Virus record (IMG/VR): IMGVR_UViG_3300009515_000014
Coordinates: 1-32,839 of that record
Direction: 5' to 3' (one strand)
Source: a virus
Length of the DNA stretch: 32,839 bases
The notes beneath the pieces are model-generated. The model was given only the letters and a program-made list of their open reading frames with translations. It was not told the DNA's origin and made no database searches. Position numbers and translations under genes: made by a program. Numbering within the stretch: position 1 is the stretch's first letter; the number at the start of each line of letters is the position of its first letter. Positions 1 to 8,561 of this stretch are shown here, one piece after another.

Positions 1-99
1 GGCGGGTCGGCTATAGACTTCGACTCTGGCTTATATCAAAATCTGAATTATGCAGTTAACAAATCAAACCCTGCTGCTTCGGCAATATCTGTTCTATTG
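1..99. repeat. Exact 99-bp direct terminal repeat, copy 1 (identical to 32741..32839); signature of a circularly closed or terminally redundant contig
   Basis: Bases 1-99 (GGCGGGTCGGCTATAGACTT...ATATCTGTTCTATTG) recur verbatim as the last 99 bases of the window. Confidence 0.97.
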
Positions 100-648
100 A
101 GATTCGCGCCAACTTATTCTGGCTCGCCTCCTGGCAATAGAGGGCTTATGTACTTAGGCGGCGCGGGACAAAACGGACCATCGTTTGAGATATGGCATCT
201 CAGCACTGGCTCGTTGAATTTGCGGGCTCAGAAAGAAAACTCTGGCTTGATAAAATCAGGGGCTGTCGTCAATCCATGGTCTCCGGTTGCCGATACTTAT
301 TACGATATAGTTATCACTAACGCAGGCGATGGGTCTGTGAATAGCCTCAAGACCTACTTGGACGGCTCTCTAGTAGATCAAGTAACGGCTGGAGCCTACC
401 TAAGAACGCCCCTTTCTTTCACTCACTTTGCAATGGGGATGAGCAATGTCTACCAAGTGAGCCACATGAAATTAAATGAATTCGTTGTCTGGGATGAAAT
501 CGTCGATGAGTCTCCGTATGTAGGAGCAGCTAGGACCACCTTTGTGGACGTAGTGAGCAGTTCGATTATAGATCAGCTAGCTCCAACCGTCTATGGCAAC
601 GTTACAGGGTCAGTCGGGAATAGATCAATAACGGGGGATATATCATGA
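1..648 (+). CDS. LamG / concanavalin-A-like lectin-fold virion protein, 3' portion of a gene that wraps the window ends (5' portion 32621..32839; bases 1..99 duplicate 32741..32839; joined product about 255 aa)
   Basis: Frame 1 is open from base 1 and in phase with the ATG at 32621 through the repeat; track ORF 97..648 is only the part after an internal TTG. Laminin_G_3-like pattern: YYDIVITNAGDG..LKTYLDGSLV..FAMG..MKLNEFVVWDEIV. Confidence 0.7.
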   Translation, partial: GGSAIDFDSGLYQNLNYAVNKSNPAASAISVLLRFAPTYSGSPPGNRGLMYLGGAGQNGPSFEIWHLSTGSLNLRAQKENSGLIKSGAVVNPWSPVADTYYDIVITNAGDGSVNSLKTYLDGSLVDQVTAGAYLRTPLSFTHFAMGMSNVYQVSHMKLNEFVVWDEIVDESPYVGAARTTFVDVVSSSIIDQLAPTVYGNVTGSVGNRSITGDIS

Positions 649-968
649 GCGCTTCAGTAACTAGAGGGGAAAACCCAACGCTGACCTTGACTGTGACGGA
701 TGGGAACACACCCGTAGACATATCGGCAGCTTCAGCTATCACGACGAAGTTCCCGCAGGAAGGAAAGAAAGAACTCTCAGTCACTGGCCACGTGATAACA
801 GACGGGGCTAATGGTGTTTACACAGTCAGCCTTACTGCTGCACAGACTGAGACTCTAGGTCTAGGCTCTAAGCAAAATATAGTGAACATCATGACGATAG
901 GCAGCAATATAATAATTGCTCACTTCGAAAATGAATTAGAGGTAAAATCGGGAAGCGTCTTCGGTTAG
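645..968 (+). CDS. Ig-like (BppU_N-type) beta-sandwich virion protein
   Basis: ATGA stop/start overlap with upstream gene; NPTLTLTVTDGNTPVDISAASAITTKF...VTGHVITDGANGVYTVSLTAAQTE resembles phage Ig-like decoration/baseplate domains. Confidence 0.5.
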   Translation: MSASVTRGENPTLTLTVTDGNTPVDISAASAITTKFPQEGKKELSVTGHVITDGANGVYTVSLTAAQTETLGLGSKQNIVNIMTIGSNIIIAHFENELEVKSGSVFG

Positions 969-976
969 GGGAAACG

Positions 977-1684
977 ATGGGGATTTTTGGCAAATTAGTT
1001 CTAGAGAATGCAGTTCAGACAGACGACAAGACTCGCCTAGATGCCACGAAGAGTTTCGTTTCCAAGGAAGAATCGCCTATCACTAAGGTAGAGATAGAGC
1101 CCGAAGCTGCCGGCGGGTTTATAGACGTCACCGGTGGATCTTCAGAAGACTACTATTTGGACACTCAATATTCTGGATCGAGTCGAACAGTGACGGTTTC
1201 TGTTCGTGTGACCACGGATGGTTCGCCTGTTACCACGACAGAAGATATAGAGGTCTTGACGCCAGCAGATGATAAGCTTCTTTCAAACGATGCTGATCTG
1301 AAGACGCATGAGCCTTGTATCCTAGGCAACGTTCAGGATGGGAGAACCACCTACCTAGACGTTCATCGCAGAGCTAGGGACTTAATCATTGATTGGCTCT
1401 ACGAGAACTCCTTTGTCGACGATACTGGCAACAGATTGACGAAGGACTCGATAGTCTTGACGGAGCCCTTTAGAAAGTGGTCAACTTATCTAACGCTCCG
1501 ATTGATCTTTGAGGGTTTGTCGAATGCGGTGGACGATGATTTCGCAGATAAGGCCGTCAAGTATGAGGGCAAAGAACACGAGTCTAGGAAGCTGGCTATA
1601 CTGCCGCTAGACCTAGACGGAGATGGAAGTGTCGAAGTGAACGAAGGAATCAGGGTGAATAGTTTGGATATGCTTAGACGATGA
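977..1684 (+). CDS. Head-tail adaptor candidate with N-terminal extension
   Basis: Position two genes upstream of the tail tube; helical C-terminal half (RRARDLIIDWLYE...YLTLRLIFEGLS...ADKAVKYEG) is connector-like; assignment mainly by synteny. Confidence 0.35.
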   Translation: MGIFGKLVLENAVQTDDKTRLDATKSFVSKEESPITKVEIEPEAAGGFIDVTGGSSEDYYLDTQYSGSSRTVTVSVRVTTDGSPVTTTEDIEVLTPADDKLLSNDADLKTHEPCILGNVQDGRTTYLDVHRRARDLIIDWLYENSFVDDTGNRLTKDSIVLTEPFRKWSTYLTLRLIFEGLSNAVDDDFADKAVKYEGKEHESRKLAILPLDLDGDGSVEVNEGIRVNSLDMLRR

Positions 1685-2100
1685 GTATGACTGAGGTTAG
1701 ATCTTATTTTAGAGATCGCATGAACGAGCTCGGATTCAAAGAGCACAAGGATGCGTTTGGTCTAGAGATCGGATCGACTAAGATTCACAAAGCCTATCAC
1801 ATTGAGAGCGGAGACATTTCAGAGCTGCAACAAAATCACGGTTGTGCTATGTTTGTATATCCGTTGACGGTTCGCTTCTATTTGAAAGGGTATAGATACC
1901 CAGCAGACGCGATAGATGAAAGTATAGATTTTGAACAGACAATTGCTAAGAATTGCAAGAGTCCCGCAACACTAGCCGAAACTACAATTAGAAGGGTTAG
2001 TCTGCCGAGCTCATCTAGAGAGCCTCATTCGGAAAGTAATGATAACATAGTCATGACTACCATGGGGTTCGTGGCTGAAGTAGTTTTAGAAATTATATAA
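1681..2100 (+). CDS. Neck / tail-terminator candidate
   Basis: ATGA overlap with upstream gene, 139 aa, immediately before tail tube gene; synteny only. Confidence 0.3.
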   Translation: MSMTEVRSYFRDRMNELGFKEHKDAFGLEIGSTKIHKAYHIESGDISELQQNHGCAMFVYPLTVRFYLKGYRYPADAIDESIDFEQTIAKNCKSPATLAETTIRRVSLPSSSREPHSESNDNIVMTTMGFVAEVVLEII

Positions 2101-2121
2101 TATATTCAACGGAGGAATATT

Positions 2122-2646
2122 ATGGCGATACCAGAAGTTTTAGTCGAACCGCATTCGGTCACCTGGAAAACAACTGATCTAGGATGCACGGAAGGCGATA
2201 TCGAAATATTGAGGGAGCCCCAGTTTACCCCTGTGGTTTGTCACCAAACAGGAACAAACGAGCGCGACAGAATCAGAACGGGAATGATCGTTTCTGTTTC
2301 CATGACTATCAAAGAATTCACAGACGCCAACTTCGATGAGCTGATCGGACTAGCAGGCGGCGTGAAGAATACATCTGCGGCAACAGATGCCTATGGATAT
2401 GGTTTCAATAGAGACTTTACATCGATGAGCTCACTTGCTGACGTGCTCGTTCTTCATCCTTTGTCACAAGCAACTAAGGTGAAGGACTGGAACTTTCATC
2501 TTTCATATCCGATCGTAGAGTCGATTGTATACTCTGGCGAAGCCACTCAGTCTTTGACTCTTACTTGGAGCATTCTACCAGACGACACGAAGGCGAGCGG
2601 GCTTGAGTATGTCATTCGCGGAGACGGTGATTTAGTTTATACCTAA
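2122..2646 (+). CDS. Major tail tube protein candidate
   Basis: 174-aa beta-rich ORF with SD (GGAGGAATATTATG) directly upstream of the chaperone pair and tape measure: conserved order tube-G-GT-TMP. Confidence 0.55.
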   Translation: MAIPEVLVEPHSVTWKTTDLGCTEGDIEILREPQFTPVVCHQTGTNERDRIRTGMIVSVSMTIKEFTDANFDELIGLAGGVKNTSAATDAYGYGFNRDFTSMSSLADVLVLHPLSQATKVKDWNFHLSYPIVESIVYSGEATQSLTLTWSILPDDTKASGLEYVIRGDGDLVYT

Positions 2647-2662
2647 TAGCCAGGGAGGCTGA

Positions 2663-2917
2663 GTGGAGTTTCAGAAAGCAACGCGCACGAAGATCAAGGT
2701 CGTTCTCTACGGGGAAGCCTACGAGATGCGCAAACCAAAGCTAAGAGAAAAGCATGAGTACATAGGCAAGTTGTCGGACATGACAAACGATCAAGCTTAT
2801 GACTGTACTTTAGAATTTCTTAGTCTTTTAGGTTTACCTAAAGACGTTGCAGAGGACATGGAGGAAGAACACTTCATGGAACTTTCTAGGACTGTTCTTG
2901 GTGTAGCAAAAAAGTAG
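2663..2917 (+). CDS. Tail assembly chaperone (gpG-like), zero-frame product
   Basis: 84 aa, SD AGGGAGG before GTG start, ends in slippery A_AAA_AAG followed by TAG; located just upstream of the tape measure. Confidence 0.75.
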   Translation: MEFQKATRTKIKVVLYGEAYEMRKPKLREKHEYIGKLSDMTNDQAYDCTLEFLSLLGLPKDVAEDMEEEHFMELSRTVLGVAKK

Positions 2918-3210
2918 GCTGGCAGCTCTTGTTAAAGGCGAGGGTTGCCAGGTTCTACGGATGGACTGACGACTATATGAACTCTATGGATGCAAGCACT
3001 TTCGAAGAGTACGTGTTGGCAATGGAGTCACTTGAAGCTAGGGAAAGCATGTCGATGATAAGCAATATTAGCTACCCAGAGATGAAGAAGTCTTCTCAAC
3101 AGAAGTTGGCTAGAGATCTTAGAATTCAATCTAAGAAAAACATAGACATGCCTAGGCGCGAACTAACTGAGAAAGACTTGCAGGCTATGGCGCGGAGATT
3201 AAATGGCTAA
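2663..3210 (+). CDS. Tail assembly chaperone -1 frameshift fusion (gpGT-like), slip at 2908..2914, about 182 aa
   Basis: Downstream ORF (track 2929..3210) is in the -1 frame, open from 2890, has no ATG/SD of its own and overlaps the TMP start by 8 nt. Confidence 0.7.
2908..2914 (+). promoter_or_regulatory. Programmed -1 ribosomal frameshift slippery heptamer A_AAA_AAG
   Basis: Zero-frame codons GCA AAA AAG TAG (2906..2917); heptamer phasing X_XXY_YYZ exact. Confidence 0.75.
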
Positions 3211-5233
3211 TGAAGATGTGACTCTCATATTAGGCATTGATGGAAAGCCATTCAAGAAGGCTCTTTCGGACGTAGAGAAGCAGGCGAAGAGAACTGGCAG
3301 AAAGGTTGAGAAGGAGTTCGTGGTTCCCATAGATTCTGGGATTAAGAACTCAATCGGGGCTGGGCTCAAACGTTTGAAGTCTCAACTGCTAGGTGTCGGT
3401 GCGGCCTTTGCTGCTGCGTTCGCTGTACGAAACACTATCGACGCAGCGATAAGACAAGAAGAAGCAATCAACAATCTAAACATTGCACTGAGAAACGCAG
3501 GCGAATTCAGTATCGAAGCGAGTGAAGATATACAAAGGTTCGCTGCTGCGATAGAGGAAACGACAAAAGTCGGAGATGAAGCTGCATTAGAAATCTTTGC
3601 CTTGGCTAGAACGTTTGCTAGGTCTAACGAAGAAGCAAAGAAGCTGACTGAAGCTGCGATTGATTTGAATGCAGCTACTGGCATCGAGCTAAACAGTGCG
3701 GTGAAGAACTTAGGTAAGACTTTCGCAGGACTCACGGGAGAACTTGGGGAAAGCGTTACCTCTATACGTACACTCACGATTGAAGAATTGAAGGCTGGTA
3801 AGGCGATTGAATTGATTTCAAATCAGTTTGGTGGCACTGCACGAAAACAGATCAACACATTCTCAGGATCTGTCACTCAGTTGGGCAACTCCTTTGGCAC
3901 GTTCTCAGAGGAGCTCGGCTTCTTTGTAACTAAGGGGCAAGGGTCTGTTGGGTTTATTCAAGACCTGAGCGCAGGATTTGCACAGCTAGCTAAAGATATC
4001 AAAGGCGCTCGCGTGAGTGTCTTCGGTAACGACATGGAGAAAGCAAACGAGAAGATCGAAAACCAACGAGAACTTCTCAAGAAAACAAATAATGAAATAC
4101 AGTTCTTGAGTGCTGCCATAGTAGGATTATCAGACGTACCTCAAAAGCAAACGGGTTTTGTTCAAGACCTGAAAGATATAGGGGAAGCAGCGTCCAAAGC
4201 ATTGGGCATTGGCGGCGCTGCTGGCAGAGCTGAGTTCTTAGAAGCACAGTTAGCAACGGCAGAGGCACGGGCGAAGAAGCTGACAGATGCTTTAGCTGAA
4301 GTTGACAAAAAAAGTGGTGGTGACAAAGGCGGAGGCGGTGGAACTGTCATACCTATAAATCAGAAAGAAGCTGCCGCTCTGCAGGCTGCATTCGATAAGC
4401 AACTAGCAGACACTGAAGCGTCTATTGGCAACAGTCTGTTGAAGCGGGCGGCCTTATCTCGTGACTTCAATCAGAGAGAGCTATTGGAAACTCAGTCTCA
4501 GTTTTTGCGATTGAATCAGCTAGAGCAGCAGGAAAACGCGCTCATCATAGAAGCGAAGAAGCAGTTCAATGAAAGGCGAGTCATTGACGAGAATGAGTTC
4601 AACGAGCTGATCACTAGCATACGTGCGGACTCTCAGCTAAAAAGAGAAGCAATTCTAGAAGAAAGCAACAAGCGTCAGTTGGCAGCAGCAGAACGTTTGC
4701 GGGCAGGCATGGCTTCAAGCATTAGTAGTTTAGTCAACAATGTTATTGGTAGCGGTATGGCTACTATAGGAGCTGCTCTAGTCACTGGAGCCAAGGCGTT
4801 TGATAACTTCGGAAAGTCTGTTCTAGGAATCTTAGGCGACTTTGCCATTCAGTTAGGAACTTTGATAGTAGCAAGTGGCCAGGCGATTGAAGCTTTGAAG
4901 GCTTCGCTGATTACTTTCTTCGGCGGCTCTGCTGTCGTTGCGGGTCTAGCGTTGATCGCAATCGGTGGCGCGATGAAGGCATTAGCAGGCAAGGGTGGTG
5001 GAAACCCAGCAGGCGGCGGAGCTGGAGCAGGCGGTGGAGCAGGTGGTGGTGGCGATTTCATAGACCTCCCTGAAGACGACGACCTAGAGAAGAAGAAGGG
5101 AACTGAAGTCATAGTGAACATTCAAGGCAACGTTCTCGATCGTAGAGAGACGGGTCTAGAAATAGCTGCTGCGATCAATGAGGCATTTGATTCTGAAGGC
5201 GCAGTCATAGCAAGGGGGGCGATCCAGGTATGA
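3203..5233 (+). CDS. Tape measure protein
   Basis: 676 aa, Ala/Glu/Lys-rich helical N-terminal two-thirds, hydrophobic Gly/Ala-rich segments (GILGDFAIQLGTLIVASG...VVAGLALIAIGGAMKALAG), Gly runs; follows G/GT chaperones. Confidence 0.9.
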   Translation: MANEDVTLILGIDGKPFKKALSDVEKQAKRTGRKVEKEFVVPIDSGIKNSIGAGLKRLKSQLLGVGAAFAAAFAVRNTIDAAIRQEEAINNLNIALRNAGEFSIEASEDIQRFAAAIEETTKVGDEAALEIFALARTFARSNEEAKKLTEAAIDLNAATGIELNSAVKNLGKTFAGLTGELGESVTSIRTLTIEELKAGKAIELISNQFGGTARKQINTFSGSVTQLGNSFGTFSEELGFFVTKGQGSVGFIQDLSAGFAQLAKDIKGARVSVFGNDMEKANEKIENQRELLKKTNNEIQFLSAAIVGLSDVPQKQTGFVQDLKDIGEAASKALGIGGAAGRAEFLEAQLATAEARAKKLTDALAEVDKKSGGDKGGGGGTVIPINQKEAAALQAAFDKQLADTEASIGNSLLKRAALSRDFNQRELLETQSQFLRLNQLEQQENALIIEAKKQFNERRVIDENEFNELITSIRADSQLKREAILEESNKRQLAAAERLRAGMASSISSLVNNVIGSGMATIGAALVTGAKAFDNFGKSVLGILGDFAIQLGTLIVASGQAIEALKASLITFFGGSAVVAGLALIAIGGAMKALAGKGGGNPAGGGAGAGGGAGGGGDFIDLPEDDDLEKKKGTEVIVNIQGNVLDRRETGLEIAAAINEAFDSEGAVIARGAIQV

Positions 5234-6006
5234 GTTTGACAACGTTCTCCAAGTTCTATTATGGGCATTCTGTAGATTCAGAAAATAATCTAATCTCCTT
5301 TAGCGAAGGCGGGCCTGAGATAATAGCCACCATCAACACGAGTGACTATAGTCTAGAAGAGTTCGCCATTGCGGTTGCCACTGCATTGAATTCATCTGGA
5401 GCGCTCACCTATACTGTGACTGTTCTACGTGGAACCCCTACTCTAAGAGTAGCAGCGACAGGAACGTTTGAATTGTTGGTATCTACTGGAACAACTTCAG
5501 GCACTAGTGCTTATGGATTGATGGGCTTTACTGGAGCAGACAGAACAGCGGCTGCGACCTATGATGGAGATTCAATTAGTGGATCAGTGTATGAGCCTCA
5601 GTTCATTCTTCAAGACCATGTGGCCAAGGAAAAGAGACAGAACGCAGTTGACGCAACCGTGCAAAAATCAGCAAGTGGAAAGATTGAAGTGGTCCGGTTT
5701 GGTCTAGAGAAGTTCGTTCAGTTCAACTTGAGATATAACACCGACATCGCACAGTCGGTTATTGGTGTGATCATTTCAAGCGCAACGGGCGTGGCAGACA
5801 CTGAAGCTTTCATGCAGAACATCACGACCAAAGCCCCGTTCGAATACATGCCAGACAAGGATTCTGAATCGACTTTCGATACATTGATACTAGAGAGAAC
5901 CCCACAAGACCCCAAGGGCACGGGCTACGATTTGAAAGAACAATATGGTCGGGGGTTGCCAGGGTATTTTGATAGTGGAATACTACTATGTAGAGTAGTG
6001 GAATAA
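5230..6006 (+). CDS. Distal tail protein (Dit) candidate
   Basis: ATGA overlap with TMP stop; first gene after TMP; 258 aa beta-rich; synteny only. Confidence 0.4.
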   Translation: MSLTTFSKFYYGHSVDSENNLISFSEGGPEIIATINTSDYSLEEFAIAVATALNSSGALTYTVTVLRGTPTLRVAATGTFELLVSTGTTSGTSAYGLMGFTGADRTAAATYDGDSISGSVYEPQFILQDHVAKEKRQNAVDATVQKSASGKIEVVRFGLEKFVQFNLRYNTDIAQSVIGVIISSATGVADTEAFMQNITTKAPFEYMPDKDSESTFDTLILERTPQDPKGTGYDLKEQYGRGLPGYFDSGILLCRVVE

Positions 6007-6016
6007 GGAGGTTTTT

Positions 6017-6901
6017 GTGTCAGTCAGTGATGGGCAGAAAGTCAATGCGGCAGTCACCAATGCATCGTTTGTATCGAGAACGACAGACTCAAACACAGTC
6101 GGGAAAGTTGATCTAGAGAATACTGATTCAGGGGTTTCAGGTGGAACTATCACCAACGCTCAGAGAGAGCTCAATTCAATCAGCTCCTTTACTGGACACA
6201 CTCCAAACACTGTCGCAACTGCAAAACCTGTATGGACGAACAACGACGTCGGGGCATCAACTGACGATGTGAAGTTGAGAGCAGATCTGTTGACTGCGGA
6301 GTCTGCTAAGAAAGTAGAGGGGCCAGCTTCAGCTACAGACAACGCCATTCCTAGATATAACTTAGCAACCGGTAAGTTGATTCAAGACTCTGGCGTTATT
6401 ATAGACGATTCAGATAACATTACAGGCGTGAATGATCTAACTGTTATCGGAACTTTGACGGCGACAGATACCAACGTATTGGGTTCAACCATTACAGCGG
6501 AAGACCCAGAGATCGAAATCAATTCTGGAGGAAATCAGGCAACGGCGAATTCGGCTGCGAGTGGTATCAAGGTCACCATGACAGACGCTACCGATGCAAA
6601 GCTAGGCTATGATTCAAGCCTTGCCTCTAAGTTCAAGGTAGGGGAAGTCGGATCAGAGTCTGAAGTATTGTCTGCCGCAACTGCGCAAACTCTCACCGGC
6701 GTGAAGACTCTGAACACTGAGACTATCAACAAGCATATTTCAACGCCTGCAAATCCAGCGGCGGGTCACTTGAAGTTGTATTCTAAATCAGACGATAAGT
6801 TTTATTCACTAGATAGTGGCGGCACTGAAACCGAACTAGGCGGTGGCGCAGGCGTTGTTGATGGCGATCAAGCGATCTTAGCAGTGCAAGTATTTTCATA
6901 G
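6017..6901 (+). CDS. Tail fibre-like protein
   Basis: GTG start with SD AAGGAGG; motif ATDNAIPRYNLATGKLIQDSGVIIDDSDNITGVNDLTVIG is typical of phage fibre proteins; Thr/Ser/Gly/Asp-rich. Confidence 0.5.
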   Translation: MSVSDGQKVNAAVTNASFVSRTTDSNTVGKVDLENTDSGVSGGTITNAQRELNSISSFTGHTPNTVATAKPVWTNNDVGASTDDVKLRADLLTAESAKKVEGPASATDNAIPRYNLATGKLIQDSGVIIDDSDNITGVNDLTVIGTLTATDTNVLGSTITAEDPEIEINSGGNQATANSAASGIKVTMTDATDAKLGYDSSLASKFKVGEVGSESEVLSAATAQTLTGVKTLNTETINKHISTPANPAAGHLKLYSKSDDKFYSLDSGGTETELGGGAGVVDGDQAILAVQVFS

Positions 6902-6910
6902 GAGAAATGA

Positions 6911-7267
6911 ATGGCAACTTTTACAAAAGAGATATTGAGCAGCTCGGCAAACGGCCAGGGGATTCTTATCGCAGCAACTGCAACGGCTGGAACTTTGATT
7001 CATACGGGCTCGACAACTGTGACGGACTTAGATGAGGTTTGGTTGTGGGCTGTAAACTCTGGATCGACCGATACGAAGCTAACCATTGAATGGCTAACGG
7101 CGACAGCTACCGACAATATAGAGGTTACAATTCCATACGAGAGCGGGCTTTATCAAGTAATACCAGGATTGTTAGTGAAGGGCGTTGCGACTCCGCTAGA
7201 AATTAGGGCGTTTGCAGCTAACGCAAATATAATAATGATTCATGGTTTCGTTAATTCAATAGTGTAA
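6911..7267 (+). CDS. Small beta-sandwich (jelly-roll-like) tail accessory protein
   Basis: 118 aa, SD GGAGAAATGAATG; shares motif VWLWAVNSGSTDTKLTIEW and C-terminal IIMIHGFVNSIV with the 28455 and 29381 proteins. Confidence 0.4.
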   Translation: MATFTKEILSSSANGQGILIAATATAGTLIHTGSTTVTDLDEVWLWAVNSGSTDTKLTIEWLTATATDNIEVTIPYESGLYQVIPGLLVKGVATPLEIRAFAANANIIMIHGFVNSIV

Positions 7268-7277
7268 GGGAATAAAA

Positions 7278-7775
7278 ATGAGTAGACGAGGCGGCCTAGG
7301 GCCAGTAAGCACAAAGCCAATAAAGCCAGAGTATCAGGAAGTAGAGTTGACGACTAGTTCTGTTTCAGTTTCCGCCGACACTTGGGTGGACGTGGCTGGC
7401 TCAACCATCACTTTAGGCGGAAAGGCGCGTTGGCAAGTTGGGTATAGCGTTCTCGGTTGGATGCAATATATAAGCGGATCGTCAACGCATTTAGGCAACG
7501 TTGCTATATTTACTTTTGGCAATACGCTGGTAGAGCCATCAATGTCTATGATCTGGAAAGACACAATAGCCTCAACTGCGGACCAAATTGCAATGACAAT
7601 GACAATGGTCACCACTATTGACGTGGCATCTGAGACGGCTTACAAGCTTCGCCTAAGATCAAGCGTTGCCGCCGCAGTTGGAAAGTTTTTTGTTTTCCAT
7701 GATTCATTTACTGGGGCAGTTACCGATCCAGATCATAACTCAATCTTTTGGGCTAGGAAGATAAAAGATGTATAA
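7278..7775 (+). CDS. Hypothetical beta-rich tail-module protein
   Basis: 165-aa ORF in the co-directional structural operon; no recognised motif. Confidence 0.4.
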   Translation: MSRRGGLGPVSTKPIKPEYQEVELTTSSVSVSADTWVDVAGSTITLGGKARWQVGYSVLGWMQYISGSSTHLGNVAIFTFGNTLVEPSMSMIWKDTIASTADQIAMTMTMVTTIDVASETAYKLRLRSSVAAAVGKFFVFHDSFTGAVTDPDHNSIFWARKIKDV

Positions 7776-8133
7776 GCTATATCTGATTCAAGAAAACGGA
7801 AAGTATGGCACCGTGAAATTCAAGTCTAGCAACCCAAAGGCTCGACCCACATATTACATTGGCGAAGTCTTTGAAGGGTCTGACTCTACAGACATAGATG
7901 TGTACGACGTTGTAGACGATGGACAAGGCGGGAAGAAGGCTGTCTTTAATCAATCAAAAGCAGATGCAAAAGAAGCTGCTAACGATTTGAAGAAAAGTTC
8001 TAAGGACCAAAAGGCAGCAGCAAAGCAGGTCTTGAGGCAGAAGCTTCAAGACGAAGATATGTCAAAGCTGACAACCGTTGCAAAGATGAGATCATTTATT
8101 GAAGAACTTAGGGACCTAATACTAAAGGAGTGA
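7768..8133 (+). CDS. Hypothetical protein with Lys/Ala-rich helical C-terminus
   Basis: 121-aa ORF, 8-nt overlap with upstream gene; no recognised motif. Confidence 0.4.
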   Translation: MYKLYLIQENGKYGTVKFKSSNPKARPTYYIGEVFEGSDSTDIDVYDVVDDGQGGKKAVFNQSKADAKEAANDLKKSSKDQKAAAKQVLRQKLQDEDMSKLTTVAKMRSFIEELRDLILKE

Positions 8134-8136
8134 ATC

Positions 8137-8343
8137 ATGGCAGATGAGAAGAAAGACTGGAAAGGAATTTGGCTATCCAAGACTTTTTGGATGAACGTGA
8201 TCGGCGCAGTAGCCTATTTTTGGAGCCCGATAAAAGACTTCGTGTCAGAAGAGCAGCTCGTTATGCTACTTACTTCTGCCAACGTGGTCATGCGTTTCTT
8301 CACTGAGAAGAAAGCTGTACTCAAAGAGCCAGCAGCGAAGTGA
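8137..8343 (+). CDS. Small two-TMD membrane protein (class II holin-like)
   Basis: 68 aa; hydrophobic stretches TFWMNVIGAVAYFW and LVMLLTSANVVMRFF, charged C-terminus; SD AAGGAGTGAATCATG. Confidence 0.45.
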   Translation: MADEKKDWKGIWLSKTFWMNVIGAVAYFWSPIKDFVSEEQLVMLLTSANVVMRFFTEKKAVLKEPAAK

Positions 8344-8561
8344 CAATACAGAGCGGCGGGTCTATGCAGATAGTGATCTCCCTTATCGTCGGAGCGATGG
8401 TAGGGGTTAGCACTTTGTATGCTACGTTTGCCACCAAGACAGAAGTCGAGAAGATGGTTCAGGTCAAGCACGACTCTGTGATGTTTACCCTGAAAGAGAT
8501 ACTAGTGAAGATTGAGACAGTAGATCAGCGCCTATGGGATCTTCAAAAGGATAAACTGTAG
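8340..8561 (+). CDS. Single N-terminal TMD + coiled-coil protein (holin/antiholin or lysis accessory candidate)
   Basis: GTGA overlap with upstream stop (alternative ATG at 8364); IVISLIVGAMVGVSTLYATFA then a charged helical tail. Confidence 0.4.
   Translation: MTIQSGGSMQIVISLIVGAMVGVSTLYATFATKTEVEKMVQVKHDSVMFTLKEILVKIETVDQRLWDLQKDKL

Noticed and set aside
3382-5121. Minus-strand ORFs inside the tape measure gene (3382..3777, 4077..4268, 4162..4350, 4849..5121)
   Set aside because: Ala/Ser/Pro-rich low-complexity translations that mirror the GCN/GGN-rich sense codons of a well-supported 676-aa gene. They have no start signals and are shadow ORFs.
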